Shown in pieces: positions 1 through 8,999 of a stretch of 62,711 nt of DNA. This DNA comes from an uncultured Chloroflexota bacterium. Lineage in GTDB: Bacteria; Chloroflexota; Dehalococcoidia; UBA2979. The notes below the pieces were generated by a model. It worked only from the letters and a program-made list of their open reading frames with translations. It was not told the origin of the DNA and made no database searches. How positions within the stretch are numbered: position 1 is the first letter of the stretch; each line of letters opens with the position of its first letter. Location: positions 1 through 62,711 of the forward strand of contig CAJXBM010000004.1 of assembly GCA_913051185.1 (NCBI GenBank). Direction: 5' to 3'. The position numbers were made by a program, and so were the translations under genes.

Positions 1-145
1 TAAAGCGTGACTCCGATCGTGGCCCACCACCTCGTTTGGATTTACTCCGTGATTTGTCGCTTGACGGACGGCCACCCACCGAATCGTCACTAAAGCGTGA
101 CTCCGATCGTGGCCCACCACCTCGTTTGGATTTACTCCGTGATTT
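1..145. repeat. 90-bp-period tandem repeat in the helicase C-terminal tail
   Basis: nt 1-55 are identical to nt 91-145; unit encodes KSRSKSKRGGGPRSESRFSDDSVGGRPSSD on the minus strand; probably continues beyond the edge. Confidence 0.9.
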
Positions 146-1336
146 TGTTGGACTACTGCCTCGGTTCTTGGGCCCCTCGGACACTCTATCGGGACTCATC
201 AGGTTTCGTGCAGATCTATCGACACTTCCCTCAGGGCTATTGATCGAAATAGATAAACCTAAGGACCGTTGCAGTTGCTTAACAATTTTGTGTTGCACCT
301 GATCTACAAAGCAAATAACAACACCCTTCGCACCGGCACGGGCCGTCCTTCCAGATCTGTGCAGATAAGCCTTGTCATCCTCTGGAGGATCGAAATGCAG
401 CACACACTCAACATCATCTACATGAATACCTCTAGCAGCAACATCTGTGGCAACCAAAGTTTGAACCTCGCCATCAGCGAATGCGGCTAACGCCCTTTTA
501 CGCTGATGTTGACTTCGGTCACCATGAATCGCCGCCGCCGACACTCCCATTTGTTTCAATTGGCGAGCTGCACGGTCAGCTCCATGCTTGGTTCGCGTAA
601 AAATGACTGTTCTACCATACTCTTCCACGACATGCACAGCGACCGGTATTCGATCTGGACGATTGACCGACCAAAATTTATGTTCCATAGAATGAATGTC
701 AGGTTTCTTTGAACCTATCTCATGCCTCACAGGATTCTTCTGGTAGTCCTTTGTAAGCACGGCGACATCCCCATCAAGTGTGGCCGAAAATAACACGGTC
801 TGTCGATCTGGAAGTGTCTGATCTAGCAGCTTTCGAACTTGTGGCAAAAATCCCATATCAGCCATGCGATCGGCTTCGTCGATAACTACAATGCCTACCT
901 TTTCGAGAGTGAGTGCTCTTTGTTCGAGTAAATCATTCAATCGACCTGGACACGCCACGACAATATCAACCCCTTTAGCGAGTCGGTCGATTTGCTGACG
1001 CATATTCACTCCGCCATACACTGAAAGGACACTTCGTTCCATCATCCTTGCAAGGGGTCGTATTGCGGTAGTGATCTGCTCAGCAAGCTCTCTAGTAGGA
1101 GCAAGAATTAGCGAAGTAGGTTCTTTTGAATATCCTTTTGGAGCACGCGTTACCAATGGGATACCGAACGCTATGGTTTTACCTGAACCGGTTGGGGCGC
1201 GCCCACATATATCAAGTCCGGCCAGGCCGTCCGGAATCGTCGCCTTCTGAATTTCAAATGGATCGTCGATGCCACGATCTAAAAGCACCTGCACCAATGA
1301 TTCGGGGACACCGAGATCTTTAAATTTACTTTTCAC
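1..1336 (-). CDS. DEAD-box RNA helicase (3'-truncated by window edge; absent from ORF track)
   Basis: Manual minus-strand translation from GTG at 1336: FKDLG..PFEIQ (Q motif), APTGSGKT, PTRELA, VIDEADRM, FSAT, HGDRSQ, HRSGRTARAG; frame stays open to position 2; basic repetitive C-terminal tail. Confidence 0.93.
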   Translation of the reverse strand, partial: MKSKFKDLGVPESLVQVLLDRGIDDPFEIQKATIPDGLAGLDICGRAPTGSGKTIAFGIPLVTRAPKGYSKEPTSLILAPTRELAEQITTAIRPLARMMERSVLSVYGGVNMRQQIDRLAKGVDIVVACPGRLNDLLEQRALTLEKVGIVVIDEADRMADMGFLPQVRKLLDQTLPDRQTVLFSATLDGDVAVLTKDYQKNPVRHEIGSKKPDIHSMEHKFWSVNRPDRIPVAVHVVEEYGRTVIFTRTKHGADRAARQLKQMGVSAAAIHGDRSQHQRKRALAAFADGEVQTLVATDVAARGIHVDDVECVLHFDPPEDDKAYLHRSGRTARAGAKGVVICFVDQVQHKIVKQLQRSLGLSISINSPEGSVDRSARNLMSPDRVSEGPKNRGSSPTKSRSKSKRGGGPRSESRFSDDSVGGRPSSDKSRSKSKRGGGPRSESRF

Positions 1337-1530
1337 GAAACTTGCCTTAGGAGAATTTACTAGTAAGTATCGTAGTTACATTTGTTCGCACGAATAGATC
1401 TCACTTACCTAAACTCTATCCTTAACAATTTTTATAAGCCAATATTTCCGTTCAAACGAAGCATGCGATTGCTCAGTCCTTCAGTTAAGATGGTCAAAAT
1501 ATTGGGAAAAATTATCATGGAGACCATCTT

Positions 1531-2391
1531 ATGACCAGCGAGATCAACACCGAAAATTGGCAAAAAACTCCTGATGGCATTCCAATCCCGCCCCCATCCA
1601 ATGATGACGTACTGACTACGACGACAAACAACGTACGTGTGATTACTCTCAATCGGCCATTGGTTCTAAACGCACTGAACAAAAATGTACAACGACTGCT
1701 GCTAGATGCCCTCCAAAAAGCAGATACTGATACTGAGGTTTCAGTTGTCATCCTCACCGGAGCAGGTCGCGCCTTCTCAGCAGGGGGTGACATGTGGTCA
1801 CATCTTTATCCTGACGACGAGCCTGGGCCATCAGGAACTGACGTACAGACATATATTTGGAAAATGACCAAACCAGTGATCGCAGCAGTTAGAGGTCATG
1901 CTGTTGGGCAGGGTTTTGAGCTGGCTGGTGTTTGTGATTTCACGATTGCCTCCGAAAACGTCAAGATGGGTGAAATTCAGATTCGACACGGTTTTGGCAT
2001 CCCCATGCTAATTACACCTTTTCTAGTAGGGTTGAAAAAGGCAAAAGAGATCCTAATGCTTGGTGAGACCTTAACCGCGCAAGAAGCTTTGGACTTGGGA
2101 CTAATTAACAAAATTGTTGCTGATGAAGATCTTATGTCTACCGCTAATGCTTGGGCTGAAAAATTGTCTAAACTCCCACAAAATACTGTGCGAAGTAATA
2201 AGGCAATCATTCGACGAGTTTATGAACTTGCTGGCTTTGACGATGCAATTATGTACCAAGATATCCCCGAAATTATGGTGTTAATTGACAAGGGCGACGA
2301 AAACGCTGATCGACAGCATAAAATTCGAGAAAAGGAAGGCTGGAGTGCATTTAAAGAAGTACGCGATCAAGATTACGTCTCGTCTGATTAG
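1531..2391 (+). CDS. Enoyl-CoA hydratase/isomerase (crotonase) family protein
   Basis: ITLNRP..LNAL, ILTGAGRAFSAGGD, KPVIAAVRGHAVGQGFELA motifs. Confidence 0.9.
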   Translation: MTSEINTENWQKTPDGIPIPPPSNDDVLTTTTNNVRVITLNRPLVLNALNKNVQRLLLDALQKADTDTEVSVVILTGAGRAFSAGGDMWSHLYPDDEPGPSGTDVQTYIWKMTKPVIAAVRGHAVGQGFELAGVCDFTIASENVKMGEIQIRHGFGIPMLITPFLVGLKKAKEILMLGETLTAQEALDLGLINKIVADEDLMSTANAWAEKLSKLPQNTVRSNKAIIRRVYELAGFDDAIMYQDIPEIMVLIDKGDENADRQHKIREKEGWSAFKEVRDQDYVSSD

Positions 2392-2460
2392 CCTATTTCA
2401 CCACCAAATGGGCATAGTTCAACATGTGATCGCTTAGATTTGCTTACGGTAAGGGCCTGC

Positions 2461-2589
2461 CTAAATGGCGGGGTTGTCATCAATTATTTGCAAAACTTCG
2501 AGAAGCTCAAGAATTCCAACAAGTCCCACAAATATCATTACTCCAAAAATTAGGAATGTAACGAATGCAAACCCGATCCTTTTCAGCAT
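2461..2589 (-). CDS. Small single-pass membrane protein (42 aa), hypothetical
   Basis: MLKRIGFAFVTFLIFGVMIFVGLVGILELL..: basic N-terminus then hydrophobic helix; purine-rich run before ATG 2589. Confidence 0.5.
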   Translation of the reverse strand: MLKRIGFAFVTFLIFGVMIFVGLVGILELLEVLQIIDDNPAI

Positions 2590-2874
2590 GACTTTCTCTA
2601 CTTGCCTACATATTTCTTGTAAACGGAATATACGATCCCGAAAACAGCCACCAAAATAAGTATGTCGAAAAAAGACAATCCAAGTTCCATGCTGAGAGTG
2701 TAACCAAGTTCTCACAGATGTTTCATAAATAGCTGATGCCCCACCCAGAGACTAAAGGTCGAGCTTCATCTGTCGCTACTTGAACCCTAATCAATTAATA
2801 AAAGCTCCTCAAATCGATCGCAGTCGCCAATTACCTTCAGTTTGACTTATAGTCCTACCAGAAGATGGGTTTCA

Positions 2875-4110
2875 ATGACAAAAGCACTCTCCAACCTACG
2901 TATCTGTGACTTTACTGGCCAGCTCGCTGGTGCCGGTGCTACTCGACATCTCGCAGCCTTCGGAGCAGAGGTTATTCGGATCGAAGATCCGGTAAATGAA
3001 GGGCGGTGGGACATCCTCAGGGGAAATGCTCCATTCGTGGACGAGAGGCGAGGCATTGATCTAGGTGGTGCTTTCAATAACCATAATGTGGAAAAAAAAG
3101 CCATCACCCTTAATTTGAGAACAGAAAAGGGTAAACAAATTTTAACCGAACTCATTGGTAAATCCGATGTAGTATCGGAAAATTTTTCTGCTGGTGTGAT
3201 GGACCGACTTGGCTTCGGTTATGCAGGTCTTACAGAGATAAAAGAAGATATCATCTATGTTTCTAATTCTGGATTTGGGGCGTCGGGACCATATAAACCT
3301 TTTAAAACTTGGGGACCAATAGTACAGGCAGTCAGTGGGCTCACGTTTTCTTCAGGGCTTCCGGATCAACAATCTGCTGGCTGGGGCTATTCCTTTATGG
3401 ATCACACGGGCGGCTACTACATGTGTATCGCTATACTTGCGGCATTAATCCATAGGCGACAAACTGGCAGTGGCCAATGGGTCGATCTAGCGTGTACTGA
3501 AGCGGCTGCAAGTCTTACCGGTCCAGCAATCTTGGATTGGTCAGCTAACGGCCGACCACTGAGACGAGACGGACAGCCGAATTCCAATCACAGTGATTGG
3601 CCACGTATGGCTCCGCATGGAATTTACGCCACCAATATGCCCGATACATGGATCGCATTGGCTTGCCGGAATGATGAAGATTGGACAAAACTAAGAGCTC
3701 TTATTGATGAGCCTGCTCTATACGACCAATATTTTGATGACCTGAATGGACGCATAAAAAAACAAACTGAGCTGGACAGTCATGTCAGTCAATGGATTCA
3801 GCACTATGACCAACAAGATCTGTATCAGTTGATGCTAGATCACGGCATACCTTGTGCACCGGTTCGAACACCCCAACAAAGAGTGGATCAAGACGCAAAT
3901 ACAGAGAACTGGGGGCTGTGGCCGACAGTAAAACATACACAAATGGGGAACGTTAGGGTGGACGGACTTCCCGTACATTTGTCAGAGACTGACTGGTATT
4001 TGGAGAACGGTGCTGGATGCCTCGGCGAACATAACGAAGAAATCTATGGTGAAATACTGGGTTATAGCTCTCAACAAATCAGTTCGTTCAAAAATGAGGG
4101 AGTGATTTAA
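2875..4110 (+). CDS. CaiB/BaiF family III CoA-transferase (catalytic Asp present)
   Basis: LSNLRICDFTGQLAGAGATRHLAAFGAEVIRIE, NVEKKAITLNL, DVVSENF, GYSFMDHTGG; start moved to ATG 2875. Confidence 0.9.
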   Translation: MTKALSNLRICDFTGQLAGAGATRHLAAFGAEVIRIEDPVNEGRWDILRGNAPFVDERRGIDLGGAFNNHNVEKKAITLNLRTEKGKQILTELIGKSDVVSENFSAGVMDRLGFGYAGLTEIKEDIIYVSNSGFGASGPYKPFKTWGPIVQAVSGLTFSSGLPDQQSAGWGYSFMDHTGGYYMCIAILAALIHRRQTGSGQWVDLACTEAAASLTGPAILDWSANGRPLRRDGQPNSNHSDWPRMAPHGIYATNMPDTWIALACRNDEDWTKLRALIDEPALYDQYFDDLNGRIKKQTELDSHVSQWIQHYDQQDLYQLMLDHGIPCAPVRTPQQRVDQDANTENWGLWPTVKHTQMGNVRVDGLPVHLSETDWYLENGAGCLGEHNEEIYGEILGYSSQQISSFKNEGVI

Positions 4111-5415
4111 GTGACTACTGAGATCTCCTCTGGCCCGTTATCAGGACTTAAAGTAATTGAATTTACAGATGAGATTGCCCCTTGGGCTGGAAAACTTTTG
4201 GCGGAAATGGGGGCAGACGTTATTCGAATCGAACCCATAGAAGGAAACAAAACTCGCTGGTACGAGCCATTTCTTGGCGACACACCTAACCCAGAGCAAA
4301 GCTTGTTCTTCTGGCATTACAACCTGCGCAAACGTTCAGTAGCAGTAGATATCCAGTCAGAGGAAGGGAAAAGGCTTTTCAAAAGACTCGTAGCACAGGC
4401 CGATATCCTAGTCGAAGACCAACTGCCTGGGAAAATGGCGGCTCTCGGACTTACGTATGCCAGCCTAAGCGAAGAAAACAAGTCTTTAATCCACGCCGCC
4501 GTTACTCCATTTGGACAAAGTGGACCACGAGCTGACGAGCCAGCAACAGACCTGACTCTACTCGCAGGAAGTGGCCCCGCCTGGTCTTGCGGATATGACG
4601 ATCATGAACTCCCACCTATCCGAGGAGGAGGAGGACAGGGATACCATACAGCAAGTCACTGGGCGGTTATCTCTATTCTCACAGCAGTGATCGCCCGCGA
4701 TCAAATCGGGCAAGGTCAGTTTATTGATGTAAACGCTAGCGCAGCCTCAAATGTGAGTACCGAAGGAGCTTCATACACATGGCTGGTGGCGCAGGAGACA
4801 GTCCAACGACAAACTGGCCGTCACGCCGGGGTCCGTCCGTCCAGCCCAACTCAAGTACAGGCTGCGGATGGGCGGTGGATTAATTCGGGAGTTCCGGCAC
4901 GCCAAGGAAAAGATTTTAAAAACACTTATGAGTGGCTTGAAGACGAAGGTCTACTTGAACAATTTCCGGAAGCTCCCCTACTACAAATTGGAGGCCAAAG
5001 AGAAGGGTTCCTTAATCTTGGGGCTATATCAAGTGGCGAAGATGAAGAGGGAGCAGCTATTTTTGCCGCGGGCCGAGCGGCAATGGTGTTACTCATCAAA
5101 TCATTGCCTGCATATGAATATTTTACGAAAGCTCAGGAAAGAGGTTTTCAATGTGGAATTATTTACTCGCCCGAAGAAGTGATACAGGATCCTCATTTTA
5201 TTGATCGTGGATTCCCGTTAGAGATAGAACATCCGGAATTGGGACGGTCGTTCACATATCCTGGAGTACCCTACAAATTTCTCGGGTCCCCCTGTGAAAT
5301 CAAAATGCGACCGCCATTCCTAGGTGAACACACACGCGAAGTGATGATTGATCTCCAGTATTCGAGTACTGAAATTCAAGCGATGGTTGACAGCGGAACC
5401 GTCCTAAGTACGTAG
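4111..5415 (+). CDS. CaiB/BaiF family III CoA-transferase (probable non-catalytic partner subunit)
   Basis: GPLSGLKVIEF..LLAEMGADVIRIEP, NLRKRSVAVD, PPFLGEHT; abuts the previous stop; no Asp at the catalytic position (GGQGYHTAS). Confidence 0.88.
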   Translation: MTTEISSGPLSGLKVIEFTDEIAPWAGKLLAEMGADVIRIEPIEGNKTRWYEPFLGDTPNPEQSLFFWHYNLRKRSVAVDIQSEEGKRLFKRLVAQADILVEDQLPGKMAALGLTYASLSEENKSLIHAAVTPFGQSGPRADEPATDLTLLAGSGPAWSCGYDDHELPPIRGGGGQGYHTASHWAVISILTAVIARDQIGQGQFIDVNASAASNVSTEGASYTWLVAQETVQRQTGRHAGVRPSSPTQVQAADGRWINSGVPARQGKDFKNTYEWLEDEGLLEQFPEAPLLQIGGQREGFLNLGAISSGEDEEGAAIFAAGRAAMVLLIKSLPAYEYFTKAQERGFQCGIIYSPEEVIQDPHFIDRGFPLEIEHPELGRSFTYPGVPYKFLGSPCEIKMRPPFLGEHTREVMIDLQYSSTEIQAMVDSGTVLST

Positions 5416-5472
5416 TCTGAATAGACAGATCCAACTCTGAAGAGATGCATAATTTGAGAACTACTCGTATAC

Positions 5473-6147
5473 CTATCCATCAATACTATTTTCGGCATAC
5501 TTTGGTCGCACAAACTTAGCCCGACTCACTTCACACTCACCTCGTGCGACACAGCCCTCCACGTGATCATTGACTAATCCCATTGCCTGCATAAAAGCAT
5601 AGGCAGTAGTTGGGCCAAAAAAACGCCAACCGAGCTTCTTGAGATCAAAGGCAAGCTTGGCGGAGTGTTCAGTCTTCGAGGGGATAGGAAGTGCACGAGC
5701 ACCCGCCTTGATCGGTGATGGCTCGTACTGCCAAACAAGTTCCGCTAAAGAGCCATAGGTTTCCACAGCCTCACAGGCCTGCCGTGCGTTATTAATCGTA
5801 GCTTCAATTTTTCCGCGATGCCTAATGATACGAGCGTCATCCATAAGACGATGTACATCTTTCTCATCAAACTGAGCTATCTTTTCGAAATTAAAATCCA
5901 AAAAAACCTCCCGAAAAGCAGGTCGCTTGTCCAACACCGTCTTCCAAGAAAGCCCTGACTGAAACCCCTCGAGACAGATCTTCTCAAAAAGTCTGTATTC
6001 GTCTTCGACTGGAAATCCCCACTCCTTGTCGTGATAGTTCACAAAGCCAGCAACCCTTAGAGCCCAACTACATCGAGGTTGGCCATCATCGCCAAGTAAT
6101 AATCCCTCAGGGAGGGTTGAGGATATCGATGCTTTCAACTTAGTCAT
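5473..6147 (-). CDS. tag: DNA-3-methyladenine glycosylase I
   Basis: RCSW, YHDKEWG, LFEKICLEGFQSGLSW, IIRHRGKIEA, FFGPTTAYAFMQAMGLVNDH. Confidence 0.93.
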   Translation of the reverse strand: MTKLKASISSTLPEGLLLGDDGQPRCSWALRVAGFVNYHDKEWGFPVEDEYRLFEKICLEGFQSGLSWKTVLDKRPAFREVFLDFNFEKIAQFDEKDVHRLMDDARIIRHRGKIEATINNARQACEAVETYGSLAELVWQYEPSPIKAGARALPIPSKTEHSAKLAFDLKKLGWRFFGPTTAYAFMQAMGLVNDHVEGCVARGECEVSRAKFVRPKYAENSIDG

Positions 6148-7084
6148 GACCGACCTCTTTTGATATCGAGTCTTCTATCAGCACAAAATATCTCCCAGCT
6201 GGCTGATCGGGGTCCGGACGATAAACATATTTATTGCCGGGTACCAGTGCCTCCTCGTACAGCACCTCCTCGACATCATCAAAGGTAATTGAAACCGCAT
6301 AATTATCGGGTCCGGGCAGGTAAAATTTAACCTCTCCATCTCGATTAGAGATTGAACGATTTAGTCCGGCAATTAGCACGATGGCCCCTGACACAGGTAA
6401 TCCCTCGACATCGAGTATGACGAGAGTGGCCGTCTGAGTTGGTTTAAATCTAACTAAAAACCATTGCCTAATTGTGCCAGGTCGACCTGGCACAGTGCCG
6501 CTAGGCATGTTATCAAGAACATCTTTCTCATATCCAACTCGCTTAGGCGTAATCCAGTCAGGACCATACTTGTAGGTGAGATACTCCCCCGGTGGACTGG
6601 GCACGCTATATGATTCCCCAAGAAACTCAATGGGCGTCAAATTAGCAAAGAGCTTGATTGGAAACGGCACGCCAGGATAATGTGCGATGGTGCCTTTGAC
6701 GACTTGATAACACTGCCAGTCAATACGAATTTGGTATTTCATTATTTTGACAGCGGTATAGAGCCCATCACGATGTACTTCAACATAACAACCATTAGCT
6801 CTGAGATCCGCGACAGTCGGCTCTATCATCTCTTCAGTGAAATCATGCATTCCAATAATTGATCCCAGATCAAGATCATCATCCCACGCAATCAGCGCCT
6901 GATCTCTCACTGCACCAAGACAAGTACCCTGCCTAAGAAAAAATGCTACTTTGTGCTGATCAAATATTTTTTTGACTTCGCCTAGAAGTCTCTCAGCATC
7001 CTCTAGGTTCATAGGAGGAATAGTTCGTTCAAGATGGAGCATAAGCTCAGCATTTTCAGAATCACTCAACTGATTAGACTTCAC
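6140..7084 (-). CDS. licD: LicD-family phosphotransferase with extra C-terminal beta-rich domain
   Basis: FFLRQGTCLGAVRDQALIAWDDDLDLG (GTxLGAxR..WDxDxD) and YLTYKYGPDWITP; about 110 aa extension follows. Confidence 0.85.
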   Translation of the reverse strand: MKSNQLSDSENAELMLHLERTIPPMNLEDAERLLGEVKKIFDQHKVAFFLRQGTCLGAVRDQALIAWDDDLDLGSIIGMHDFTEEMIEPTVADLRANGCYVEVHRDGLYTAVKIMKYQIRIDWQCYQVVKGTIAHYPGVPFPIKLFANLTPIEFLGESYSVPSPPGEYLTYKYGPDWITPKRVGYEKDVLDNMPSGTVPGRPGTIRQWFLVRFKPTQTATLVILDVEGLPVSGAIVLIAGLNRSISNRDGEVKFYLPGPDNYAVSITFDDVEEVLYEEALVPGNKYVYRPDPDQPAGRYFVLIEDSISKEVGHD

Positions 7085-7099
7085 AATAATCTCCCGTTC

Positions 7100-8989
7100 T
7101 CATTCGGTTGCGGCCTGAAGAACCAAAGTTAGTGCATCAACTAACGTTCTATTTTCTGCCTGAGTACGTGATGCTATTCGTACGTACCGATCAGCTTCTG
7201 GCATGCTTTTTTTTGCACAATCCTTTATCAAAATATTGTGTTCAACATAGAGTCGTCGAGTAATGTCCAGTCCGCTAGCACTGGGATTTGTAAGTTTACA
7301 CAGTACAAAGTTGGCATCAGGCTCAAGAGGTTGAATACCCTCTGTCGACATCAGCATTTCGTACAGGGCGACACAATCTAATCGGGTTTGATTACAGCTT
7401 GCGATAAATTCTGTACGATGACGACCCACCGCATGTAGGAATTCCTCTGCCATGCCACTCACATTCCAAATAGCCAAACTACTTCGTATGTCACTAATAA
7501 ACTTGCTATCAGAACTGAGGATATATCCCAAACGAAGACCCGCTATACCAAATACCTTACTCATACTCTTAATGATGGCAAGATTAGGCTGTTCACCGAT
7601 TAAGTCTTCTAGACTTCCGTTACTACCCAAAGCCGAAAATTCTATAAATGATTCGTCAACAATCAATCGGCATTCTTCACGTCGCAGTCGTTCGGCTAGT
7701 TTCATCAGGTCTTCGGGCTGCACCGATAACGCTGTAGGATTATTCGGAGTAACAATCACCGCAGTATCTGCCTTCCATTGAACAGCAGCATGAGTGAATC
7801 CATCGATATCAAGGCCAAAAGTATCTGGATCTAGGGGGAATCGCTCGAGTTTTTCTGGCTGGACAACTTCCTCATATTCATTAAATGAGGGAGTCGGAAT
7901 AATCAGACGTTGAATAAATTGGTTTCCCAAAATTTTAATTAGTTCGGCGGCTCCGTTGGCAACAGCAAGATTATCCGGGTTGGCACCGGTCCAGTTCGCC
8001 ACCAGTCGGGCAAGTTCAGGCTGTGCAACTGGATAATTACTGACAATTTCCGGCAAATTCTTACTGAATACTTCCAACATTTCCGCGGGTGGAAAGTACA
8101 TGTTATATAAATAGGCGTGATCAATGAAGCCATACCGCCAGTAAGCACCATGTAGTTCCTGAATACGATCAAATTGCTCAGTTCGCGTTAAAAAAAGGAA
8201 CTCAGCCGCATCTAAATCTCTATGATCGTCGATCTCATACCAACGGTTTTTTGAAACATCGACCGCTACGAGCTCGCTCTTTGACTTTTCTGCGACAAAA
8301 TCACGAAGAACGCTTTCATAGTATCCATTTTGGTGGCCATCTTGAATTTCTTGTTCTAATCTCGGAACAATTTCCTCTTCCAGTAATGTTTTTCGAAATA
8401 GGTACACATTCACTGTCTTGAACAAATCAATATCTTTCGGCAATCGGTCAAGATCTTCATTCATTAGGAACTTGGTGATGCGGCGTTGCTCGTCACAGTG
8501 TATTAACGTGCCGGACAGAGCTTTGTAGTAGGGAGCTACGGCTGCACTGCTTCCCTTTTCTCTTAACAAGTCACTAATAAGATTCGAGTCAAAAATGACA
8601 TCCGCCTCAACCAAGATGATATCTTCCGTCAGATAGTCTCGCGCGTCCCAGAGCGAACGAATATTGTTTGTCGTTTCATAGTCGCACGCGTCGACGTAAG
8701 TGATCTTAATTCCCTCAAAGGAGGCGCCTAGGCGGTCGCGAATCAATGAAGCCTTATAACCCACGACTATCACTGCTTCACTCACCTGCTGTGAGCCCAG
8801 ACCGTGCAAAGCTCTTTCAATTAATGATTGACCACCAATCTCAATAAGACATTTAGGAATCCCTGCCGTCAATGGCTGAATACGATTACCTTTTCCTGCA
8901 GCCAAAATTACAGCGCGGCGAACTGCTATAGGCTGCTCTCCCTCTTTATATTCGAGTTGATGGTTCGTAGAATGCATAATTGAATCCAA
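7100..8989 (-). CDS. Fusion: LicC/PntC-like cytidylyltransferase + class I/II PLP enzyme (CobD/HisC-like, possibly a decarboxylase)
   Basis: N-half AVILAAGKGNRIQP..PKCL, TTNNIRSL, EADV, WYEIDDHRDL; C-half NGAAELI, PNNPT, LIVDESFIEF, KSMSKVFGIAGLRLGY (PLP Lys). Confidence 0.85.
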   Translation of the reverse strand: MDSIMHSTNHQLEYKEGEQPIAVRRAVILAAGKGNRIQPLTAGIPKCLIEIGGQSLIERALHGLGSQQVSEAVIVVGYKASLIRDRLGASFEGIKITYVDACDYETTNNIRSLWDARDYLTEDIILVEADVIFDSNLISDLLREKGSSAAVAPYYKALSGTLIHCDEQRRITKFLMNEDLDRLPKDIDLFKTVNVYLFRKTLLEEEIVPRLEQEIQDGHQNGYYESVLRDFVAEKSKSELVAVDVSKNRWYEIDDHRDLDAAEFLFLTRTEQFDRIQELHGAYWRYGFIDHAYLYNMYFPPAEMLEVFSKNLPEIVSNYPVAQPELARLVANWTGANPDNLAVANGAAELIKILGNQFIQRLIIPTPSFNEYEEVVQPEKLERFPLDPDTFGLDIDGFTHAAVQWKADTAVIVTPNNPTALSVQPEDLMKLAERLRREECRLIVDESFIEFSALGSNGSLEDLIGEQPNLAIIKSMSKVFGIAGLRLGYILSSDSKFISDIRSSLAIWNVSGMAEEFLHAVGRHRTEFIASCNQTRLDCVALYEMLMSTEGIQPLEPDANFVLCKLTNPSASGLDITRRLYVEHNILIKDCAKKSMPEADRYVRIASRTQAENRTLVDALTLVLQAATE

Positions 8990-8999
8990 TTCGGAGTTG

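Noticed and set aside
36-302. 88-aa plus-strand ORF with internal repeats
   Set aside because: Antisense shadow of the DEAD-box helicase repeat tail on the minus strand
2590-2715. N-terminal half of the 84-aa ORF 2461..2715
   Set aside because: No RBS at the GTG and no protein-like pattern; the ATG at 2589 gives a more plausible small membrane protein
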